Translations under genes and position numbers: made by a program
Origin: Candidatus Calescibacterium sp.
GTDB lineage: Bacteria > Calescibacteriota > Calescibacteriia > Calescibacteriales > Calescibacteriaceae
Direction: 5' to 3'
DNA: 13,189 nucleotides
Assembly (NCBI GenBank): GCA_032249135.1
Contig: JAVVGL010000037.1
Coordinates: 1-13,189 of the forward strand
Notes under the pieces: model-generated
What the model was told of the DNA's origin: nothing
Seen by the model: the letters and a program-made list of their open reading frames with translations, nothing else
The model's database searches: none
Part shown: positions 6,505-13,189 of the stretch, one piece after another
How positions within the stretch are numbered: position 1 is the first letter of the stretch
Layout of the letters: every line of letters begins with the position of its first letter

Positions 6505-7608
6505 ATGTTTTTAGTTTTTTCTTTCATATTGCCATTTTTAAGTTTTATGTGGGATTATAAAAGTCCTCGCTCTCTTGCTATGGGGGGAATTTCCGCGTCT
6601 TTGCAAGATACTCAAACTTCTTTTTTCTTCAATCCAGCAGGTATGCTTGGTACAAAAAGTCTTGATATTATCGCTCCCGAAATATATGTGTCTTATAACT
6701 TGATTTCAGATGCTGGAAAATTTTTTGAATTATCGGGGGACATATCTCGGAAACCAGAGGAAGCTTTAAAATCTGTGAGAGATTCTTATGGTAAAAACTA
6801 TGTTGGTGAATTTTTCTATTTTCCTCATTTTGCTTTAAGCGTTGGTAATGTGTCTTTTGGATTAGGAGTGCTTTTGGGAGCTGGTTTGGGAACATCTCTT
6901 TCTTTACCATCAAATCTTATTTTAAAAGACACTTTTGCATTCACAAGAGGGGAGGTTGTTCTTGGAGGAGCTGTGTCTTTTCTTGATAGATCAATAACAG
7001 CTGGTTTATCTATATCTGCTTTCAAAATCGCATACGAGGGAGATATTGTAATTAGAGAAAATGAGATAGGTCAAGGTATAACATCTGTTTTCCCAGTTTT
7101 TGGCAAGGATATGAGAACTGTACTAAATGATGTACTAAATGATGCTGTTTCGGGCAAATGTGAGTATCCTTTTAGGTGTGCAATTGGTTTTGGAGGATTT
7201 AATTTTGGTGTAATATGGGAACCTATGAAGAAAGGCGTGAGGTTAGGCTTTGATTTAAGAGATATTCTTGACCCTATGAGATCTACAACAGGGGACCTCG
7301 GAGTTTCATATTATGACGAATTGAAGATTTTCAGTTATGTTGTCGGTGCAGATTTCCAAGATATTTTCTTTGTGAGCGGTGATTCAAGCCTTCTGAAAAG
7401 GTTTCATATGGGAGCAGAAGTTTCTCTTGATAAACCTTTCAAAAGATTTTTATCTTTTATGTTTGGAGTTGGTCAGCTTTATTCCTCTTTTGGTCTTGAA
7501 CTTAACTTGAAAGCTTTATCTTTTACTTTGGGAACTTACGCTCGGGAATTTGGAAAAGAGGTTGGAGGACAACCCGTAAGGTTTTATTTCTTCAAGCTTG
7601 CAATCTGA
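6505..7608 (+). CDS. Outer-membrane beta-barrel of the FadL/PorV/TraF-like superfamily
   Basis: Signal-like N-terminus; hatch motif SPRSLAMGG...FFFNPAG; amphipathic Gly/aromatic strands; C-terminal strand RFYFFKLAI. GGAGG at 6491-6495 favours ATG 6505 over TTG 6499. Confidence 0.8.
   Translation: MFLVFSFILPFLSFMWDYKSPRSLAMGGISASLQDTQTSFFFNPAGMLGTKSLDIIAPEIYVSYNLISDAGKFFELSGDISRKPEEALKSVRDSYGKNYVGEFFYFPHFALSVGNVSFGLGVLLGAGLGTSLSLPSNLILKDTFAFTRGEVVLGGAVSFLDRSITAGLSISAFKIAYEGDIVIRENEIGQGITSVFPVFGKDMRTVLNDVLNDAVSGKCEYPFRCAIGFGGFNFGVIWEPMKKGVRLGFDLRDILDPMRSTTGDLGVSYYDELKIFSYVVGADFQDIFFVSGDSSLLKRFHMGAEVSLDKPFKRFLSFMFGVGQLYSSFGLELNLKALSFTLGTYAREFGKEVGGQPVRFYFFKLAI
7119..7142 (+). repeat. Perfect 12-bp tandem duplication inside the barrel gene
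   Basis: TGTACTAAATGA x2, in frame, encoding VLND-VLND. Confidence 0.9.
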
Positions 7609-9467
7609 TCTAATATGTATTTTATTGTGTATTTTGAAGCTTTATCTCCATTTATTATTTCTATATGAGATAATTCATCTTGCAAATTCACATAAGAGAA
7701 AATTGTATATGAGTATTTTACTCCGAATTGTTCAGAAAATTTTACAAATTCTGCTATATTCCACCAATAAACTGATCTATCACCTGTGCTTATTATGTAA
7801 AAAATTCGGTTTGAGATTGGGAACCATGTCTCCGGTAAAATCATAAGTTTATCTACTGGACTCTCAAATTTTGATACGAGCTCTTTTGATTTTTCTCCAA
7901 ATATTTTTTCTAATATTTTCTCACTTATTTTACCGCCAGTTTGAATGTATAGTCTATAAAATGAGGAGATATCTGAAAATGGTGTAGATATCAGAAAAAC
8001 TGCGTCAAAGCAACCTCGTGTCAGATTCATAGCCACAACACCAGAGAAACCATGAAAAACCCCTATGTTAAGGTCTGATGTGAAAGATATGCAAAATTCT
8101 TCAACGGATTTCAATACATCTTTATATGACAAAATTTTTTCTGGGTACATGTAAGATATTTTTTTTGATTTCAGGTTATCTTCAAACGTTTCCCATACTT
8201 TGCCATCTATTCCAAAATCTTGAACTAAAATAAATGAATATTTAGATTTTCTTGAATAGAATTTTTTGAAATTTATTTCATTTTCTTTTATTGCTCCCTC
8301 TTCTTTTTTAATTTGTTCTTCTTCTGATGATTCTGATTTTGGTTCATTTGATTCTTCATAATCAGATTTATATATCTTTTCACTTGGGGTTGATTGAATT
8401 TTTCTGATTTTATTTGAGTCATTCTCTTTTATGAAATTCAGAACTTGTGAGAAAATTTCTTCTGTTGCCAATTTGCTCGCTGTAATATCAACATGTCCGT
8501 AGTCAGTTTGAAACCCTTCACCAACTCCTGCGAGTATGAACTTTTTGTTTTCTGATGATGCCTTTGAGTAAGCTAATTTGACCGTCGGAGGAGAGGCAAG
8601 ATAATCTTTTGTTCCAACTATAAACAAAGCAGGAACTTTAAATTTTTCAAATGAAAAGTTGAAATCTTCATAACCAAGAAGAACCTTTGAAAATTTCTCA
8701 AGAACACGGGTGGAAACCGGACCTGTGGCATATCTCATAGCTCTTTTCCTTATGTCTCGTGGGACATTATCTAAATTCCAAACAAAGTTTTCAAGATATA
8801 TCAGCTTTGTTATTTTAAGTATCGGATAAATTATGTCTCCGAATATTGAAAATGAATATGAAAAGGTGCTGAAAGGTATAGAATCTACTTTTTTGAAAAA
8901 TTGAGATAAGTTTTCGTAGTTTTTGTGGGTAATTCTCCAGAGTTCCCAGGGTGCCCATATTGTGTATGGAGATGATATAGCGGTAAAGCTTTTGAGCTTT
9001 TTTTGTATTTGGGGATTTCGTGATACGGAAAGGTAAATTACCATGCCTCCCATGGAGTGTCCGACCCAGTGGGCTTTATCTACACCTTCTACTTTCAGAA
9101 CTTTTTCTAATATAGCTTCTACATCGTATATATAATCTTCAAATGAGAAATCATACGGACCACCTGTTTTTCCGACACCTCTTAAATCTGGTACGAATAC
9201 ATTAAATCCTTCATCATTCAGTTTTTTGGGCCAGCTCAATTCATCATCAAAATACCAGTATCTTCCCTGTGCTCCGAGACCATGACATAGAATTACAGGG
9301 AAATTTCTCTTCTTTTTTTCTTCTCCTTTGAAGAACATAATGTGTATTTTTCTCCCATCTTTTGTTTCAGCCCATAAACTCTCTCCTTTTGCATGAGAAT
9401 TTGATTTTATTGTGAAAAGGATGAAAACAGCAAGGGGAAAAATAGGAACAAGTTTTACATTTTTCAT
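7584..9467 (-). CDS. Exported tandem alpha/beta-hydrolase (lipase/esterase-like domain plus a degenerate second domain)
   Basis: Signal peptide ending SHA. Domain 1 has ILCHG, DLRG, GHSMGG (Ser138), GTKD (Asp288) and YGH (His325). An acidic linker follows, then domain 2 with FHGFSG, STGD and LSH. Confidence 0.85.
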   Translation of the reverse strand: MKNVKLVPIFPLAVFILFTIKSNSHAKGESLWAETKDGRKIHIMFFKGEEKKKRNFPVILCHGLGAQGRYWYFDDELSWPKKLNDEGFNVFVPDLRGVGKTGGPYDFSFEDYIYDVEAILEKVLKVEGVDKAHWVGHSMGGMVIYLSVSRNPQIQKKLKSFTAISSPYTIWAPWELWRITHKNYENLSQFFKKVDSIPFSTFSYSFSIFGDIIYPILKITKLIYLENFVWNLDNVPRDIRKRAMRYATGPVSTRVLEKFSKVLLGYEDFNFSFEKFKVPALFIVGTKDYLASPPTVKLAYSKASSENKKFILAGVGEGFQTDYGHVDITASKLATEEIFSQVLNFIKENDSNKIRKIQSTPSEKIYKSDYEESNEPKSESSEEEQIKKEEGAIKENEINFKKFYSRKSKYSFILVQDFGIDGKVWETFEDNLKSKKISYMYPEKILSYKDVLKSVEEFCISFTSDLNIGVFHGFSGVVAMNLTRGCFDAVFLISTPFSDISSFYRLYIQTGGKISEKILEKIFGEKSKELVSKFESPVDKLMILPETWFPISNRIFYIISTGDRSVYWWNIAEFVKFSEQFGVKYSYTIFSYVNLQDELSHIEIINGDKASKYTIKYILDQIASLKK

Positions 9468-9507
9468 TCTTTCTTTATTTTTGTTTTATTTTTGTTTTTT
9501 ATTTTTT

Positions 9508-10014
9508 TCATTTTTGTTTTGGTCTTTTCCTTATAAGAACTTCTCTTTCTATTTCTACCACTACTTCTCCTTTTTGATTTATTCCTGTTATTTTAAATTT
9601 GACTATTCCTGCATCTTCTCTATCTGAATCTCTTTTTTCTATGACTTCTGATCTTGCATATAGTGTATCGCCATGAAATACAGGGGCAGAGTGTCTTGCG
9701 TTGTAATATCCTAAATCCCAAATAGCATTTTCACTTATATCTTCCGATGTAAGTCCTATCACTATTGAGGAGACTAATCCTCCATATACAACTCTCTCTG
9801 GAAATATCCCCTTTCCTTTTTTCATCATATCTTCATTAAAGTGAATTGATGCTGTGTTCATAGTAAGTAAAGTGAACATAACATTATCCATTTCGGTAAC
9901 AGTTCGCCCTCGTGAGTGTTCTATTATATCTCCTACATTGAAGTCCTCAAAGTAGTTTGATTTTCCCGTGACCGAAGAGAATATTTTTTCCATCTCTTCT
10001 TTGGATATTTTCAT
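9508..10014 (-). CDS. MaoC-family hot-dog-fold acyl-CoA dehydratase/hydratase
   Basis: YFEDFNVGD, RTVTEMDN...MNTASIHFN (Asp/His hydratase dyad), APVFHGDTLYARSEV and GINQKGEVV. Confidence 0.88.
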   Translation of the reverse strand: MKISKEEMEKIFSSVTGKSNYFEDFNVGDIIEHSRGRTVTEMDNVMFTLLTMNTASIHFNEDMMKKGKGIFPERVVYGGLVSSIVIGLTSEDISENAIWDLGYYNARHSAPVFHGDTLYARSEVIEKRDSDREDAGIVKFKITGINQKGEVVVEIEREVLIRKRPKQK

Positions 10015-10219
10015 AAAAAGACATTTTTTAACTACTTGCTGTTTTTTTTTTGAATTTCAGAAAATTTGTAATTTTTATAAAAAATTGATAAAAGTTGATT
10101 AAGACTTAATTTGATTTTGTTTTGTTGGTCAAGATATGAGTTCAGGAGAAAGAAAGAAGAGAGTAGCAAAGGGGCGAAATAGCATTATGAATAATAGTGA
10201 TGAAATTGAGGAAAAGAAA

Positions 10220-11323
10220 ATGGAGGAAAAAAGAAGGAAAATAAAAGTTGCAATAGCTGGTGTTGGGAACTGTGCAAGCTCTTTGGTTCAGGGTATATCT
10301 TATTATTCAAAAAATAAAGATGGTTTTGGGCTGATGCATAAAGATATAAAGGGATATACACCAGCAGATATAGAGATAGTTGCTGCATTTGATATAGATA
10401 AAAGAAAAGTAGGAAAACCTCTCAAAGAAGCTATATTCCAAAAACCAAATTGCACACTTATTTTTGAAAGAGAAATAATCAACGGGGATGTTGAGGTAAT
10501 GATGGGACCAATTCTTGATGGTATCCCAGAACATATGAAAGATTATCCGGAAGACAGAAGATTTATTCCAGCAGATAAAAAACCCGTTGATGTTGCAAAA
10601 GTTCTTAAAGAAACAGGAGCAGAGATTCTTGTAAATTTTGTGCCAGTAGGAGCTGAAAATGCTGCGAGGTTTTATGCCGAAGAGTGTTTGAAAGCGGGGG
10701 TTTCTTTCGTAAATTGTATGCCTGTTTTTATTGTTTCTGACCCGAAATTTGCTGAAAGATTCAAAAAAGAAGGAATTCCAGTAGCAGGAGATGATATAAA
10801 ATCTCAACTTGGAGCTACAATATTGCATAGAGCAATAGTGAATCTTTTCAGAATGAGAGGAGTTTTTTTAGAGCAAACCTACCAGTTAAATTTTGGAGGG
10901 AATACAGATTTTCTGAATATGTTAGACCGTCAAAGATTGAAAACAAAGAAGATTTCCAAAACCCAAGCCGTTGTTTCAATTTCAGGTCAAGAAATACCAG
11001 AGGATAAAATACATATAGGGCCATCTGATTATGTTCCGTTTTTGAACGATACAAAAATATGTTATATTAGAGTGGAGGGGAAAGGTTTTGGCGGAGCTCC
11101 GATTTTGATAGATGTCAAACTTCAAGTTGAAGATTCTCCAAATTCTGCTGGCGTAGTTATAGATGTTATAAGGTTAATAAAGTTAGCAAGAGACGAAGGA
11201 ATTGCAGGTCCTATTTATTCTATTTCTGCATTTGCGATGAAGCATCCTCCAATACAGATGACAGATGAGGAAGCTTATAAGATAATTCAAGATTATCTTG
11301 AAGGGAGAGGTAAACTTTGGTAA
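10220..11323 (+). CDS. ino1: myo-inositol-1-phosphate synthase (prokaryotic type)
   Basis: KIKVAIAGVGNCASSLVQG, GDDIKSQLGAT, YQLNFGGNTDFLNM, KKISKT and VEDSPNSAG. ATG 10220 has GAGG upstream and lies just before the Rossmann motif. In-frame ATGs at 10136 and 10187 are alternatives. Confidence 0.93.
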   Translation: MEEKRRKIKVAIAGVGNCASSLVQGISYYSKNKDGFGLMHKDIKGYTPADIEIVAAFDIDKRKVGKPLKEAIFQKPNCTLIFEREIINGDVEVMMGPILDGIPEHMKDYPEDRRFIPADKKPVDVAKVLKETGAEILVNFVPVGAENAARFYAEECLKAGVSFVNCMPVFIVSDPKFAERFKKEGIPVAGDDIKSQLGATILHRAIVNLFRMRGVFLEQTYQLNFGGNTDFLNMLDRQRLKTKKISKTQAVVSISGQEIPEDKIHIGPSDYVPFLNDTKICYIRVEGKGFGGAPILIDVKLQVEDSPNSAGVVIDVIRLIKLARDEGIAGPIYSISAFAMKHPPIQMTDEEAYKIIQDYLEGRGKLW

Positions 11324-11332
11324 TTTTTTGTA

Positions 11333-12283
11333 ATGTTTTTTAGGGTTGGTACTCGTGGAAGCAAGCTCGCATTAAAGCAGACTGAAATTTTTCTTAACTC
11401 CATCACAAAAAAATTTCAAGAAATTGGGAAAGATCCTCCAAGATTTGAAATAAAAGTAATAAAGACAAAAGGTGATAAAATATTAGATTCGCCTTTAAGT
11501 AGAATTCCCGGAAAAGGTTTTTTTGTCAAAGAAATAGAGGATGAACTTATTGAAGGGAAGATAGATTTTGCTGTACATTCTCTAAAAGATATGCCAACAA
11601 CATTACCACCACAACTTACAATATCTGCTTATCTTGAAAGAGAAAACCCAGCTGATGTTCTTTTGGGGCTTTCAAGAGAAGAAATTCGTGATAGATTGAA
11701 AAAAGGATATGAGGTAAAAATTGGAACATCTTCTTTGCGTCGTGAATTTCAGATAAAAAGAATTTTCGGAAATAAAGTTCAAGTCATACCAATAAGAGGA
11801 AATCTTGACACAAGAATAAGAAAGCTGGAAAATGGAGAATGTGATGCGTTAATTGTATCTCTTGCGGGAGTGATCAGAATGAAATTTGATGGATTTATCA
11901 AAGAAGTTTTGCCCCCACAAGAATTTCTTTACCCACCAGGTCAAGGAATAATAGCTGTTGAAACTCGCATAGGTTCTGATGCTGAAAATATATCCCAACT
12001 TGTCAACGACAAAAAATCTGAATTTGTTGGGATGATTGAAAGGGAAATCGTCAAAAATATAGGTGGAGGTTGTAATTCACCTTTTGGAATATGCACGGAA
12101 TTGAAAGAAGTAGAGAAAGAAAATAATGGGAATAAAGAAAAAAATAAAATTTTTGTTCTTTATTTGAAGTTTGAGGCATTTGAAAGAAACATAATTTTTG
12201 AAGATGAATTCAAAATAACATCACTTGATAAAGAACAAATTAATGATATAGTTTCACATATACTATCAAGGTTAAAAAGGTAA
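11333..12283 (+). CDS. hemC: Porphobilinogen deaminase (hydroxymethylbilane synthase)
   Basis: GTRGSKLALKQ, KTKGD, KGFFVKEIE, AVHSLKDMP, GTSSLRR, IRGNLDTR, PGQG and the cofactor Cys in GGCNSP. The C-terminal domain is divergent. Confidence 0.95.
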   Translation: MFFRVGTRGSKLALKQTEIFLNSITKKFQEIGKDPPRFEIKVIKTKGDKILDSPLSRIPGKGFFVKEIEDELIEGKIDFAVHSLKDMPTTLPPQLTISAYLERENPADVLLGLSREEIRDRLKKGYEVKIGTSSLRREFQIKRIFGNKVQVIPIRGNLDTRIRKLENGECDALIVSLAGVIRMKFDGFIKEVLPPQEFLYPPGQGIIAVETRIGSDAENISQLVNDKKSEFVGMIEREIVKNIGGGCNSPFGICTELKEVEKENNGNKEKNKIFVLYLKFEAFERNIIFEDEFKITSLDKEQINDIVSHILSRLKR

Positions 12284-12396
12284 AAGTAAGAGAACAGGGC
12301 AAAAAGTTGTTCAAACTGTAAAGCAACCTGAAAAAACTGCAAGATAATAGCATAAGATAGCAATTAAAACTTTAAGATAGTCAGTAAAATAGATGA

Positions 12397-13041
12397 TCAG
12401 TAAAAGAGGATAAAAGGGTTTGTAAGTTTTTCTCTTGCAATAGTAGTTGTTGGACCATGTCCTGGATAAACTTTGGTTTCAGGTGGAAGAATCATAAGTT
12501 TTGTTTTTATTCCTGAAATGAGGAGTTCAAAGTTCCCTCCCGGAAGATCTGTTCTTCCTATTGAACCAGCAAACAATATATCTCCTGTGAAAAGGTGAAG
12601 TTCGTTCTTGTAAGAAAATAAGAATGCCATTCCGCCAGGGGAATGTCCAGGAACATGAATCGCTTTTACTTTTATTTTATTGAAAATTATTTCTTCTGAA
12701 TCTTCTATGAATCTATCTGGTGGTGGTTGTTCTGGGATTTTTAATCCAAAGAACATCGCAAGTTCATGAGCTCTTTGAAGTAAAGGCAGATCACCTTTGT
12801 GCATCAGTATTTCTCCTCCGAGTTTTTCTTTCACATATTTTAGGGCTCCGACATGGTCAAAGTGTGCATGAGTGAGAAGAATATATTTTACTTTTGCTTC
12901 TGGTGAAAATCTTTTAACTTCTTCTTCTATATCTTCTCCATCGTCTCCTGGATCTATTATTATACACTCATTGGTTTCTTCGTCAAAGATAATATAGCAG
13001 TTTTCTTCAAGCGGTCCGGTTACTACAACTTTTATCTGCAT
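12397..13041 (-). CDS. MBL-fold metallo-hydrolase (glyoxalase II/YcbL-like)
   Basis: ENCY, IIDPG, LTHAHFDH (HxHxDH), PGHSPG, FTGDILF, GRTDLPGG, YPGHG and C-terminal NPF. Confidence 0.92.
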   Translation of the reverse strand: MQIKVVVTGPLEENCYIIFDEETNECIIIDPGDDGEDIEEEVKRFSPEAKVKYILLTHAHFDHVGALKYVKEKLGGEILMHKGDLPLLQRAHELAMFFGLKIPEQPPPDRFIEDSEEIIFNKIKVKAIHVPGHSPGGMAFLFSYKNELHLFTGDILFAGSIGRTDLPGGNFELLISGIKTKLMILPPETKVYPGHGPTTTIAREKLTNPFILFY

Positions 13042-13142
13042 TTTCCATTTTAATCTAATCCGCTATCCAGAGAATTTTGGGAAATCTCAAAATTTTCAAG
13101 TTTCACTAAATTCCATATAAAATCCTCCGAGCTTACAAATTC

Positions 13143-13171
13143 TTGACTTCTTTATAAAAAATGATTATTGT
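13143..13171 (+). promoter_or_regulatory. sigma70-type promoter for a gene beyond the right edge
   Basis: TTGACT (13143-13148), 17-nt spacer, TATTGT (13166-13171). Confidence 0.55.
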
Positions 13172-13189
13172 TTTTTTATATAAAAAAGA

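Noticed and set aside
6505-7608. Conjugative element implied by a TraF-like barrel
   Set aside because: No relaxase, VirB4/T4SS, integrase or att-like repeats; the surrounding genes are chromosomal metabolic genes.
245-12363. Antisense shadow ORFs in the track (e.g. 245-613, 857-1084, 1882-3128 set, 3785-4070, 4698-4922, 5904-6125, 6668-7025, 7598-7846, 9412-9627, 10185-11054 set, 12160-12363)
   Set aside because: They lie opposite well-supported genes, are mostly Phe/Leu/Ser-rich as expected from reverse-complemented Lys/Glu codons, and show no motifs.
13124-13140. Moco RNA motif start (CTCCGAGC)
   Set aside because: The downstream CCTAA/ATGG and GAAA stems are absent within the window.

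Overview
AT-rich chromosomal window from a diderm bacterium. The Lys/Glu-rich proteins suggest a thermophile (inference). I found no mobile elements, CRISPR arrays, tRNA or rRNA. Left to right: the 3' end of an unknown + strand gene; a minus-strand run of siroheme/[4Fe-4S] sulfite/nitrite reductase, IscU/SufU-type scaffold, membrane-anchored TPR protein with an acidic tail, and an orphan AtpZ/AtpI-family gene; a ~350-bp divergent control region; a + strand trio of orphan ExbD/TolR (AglS-like), TPR lipoprotein and FadL/PorV/TraF-like outer-membrane barrel; a minus-strand MaoC-type dehydratase and an exported tandem alpha/beta-hydrolase; + strand ino1-hemC; and a minus-strand MBL-fold hydrolase. 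The main points of interest are: (i) a near-consensus sigma54 -24/-12 promoter whose predicted +1 falls on the A of the reductase ATG, implying a leaderless sigma54 transcript; (ii) a ~170-nt nested-palindrome element just upstream that could be an enhancer array or a structured RNA with two mutually exclusive folds; (iii) the ExbD + lipoprotein + barrel trio as a candidate uncharacterised envelope machine; (iv) a hydrolase whose second domain has lost its nucleophile.
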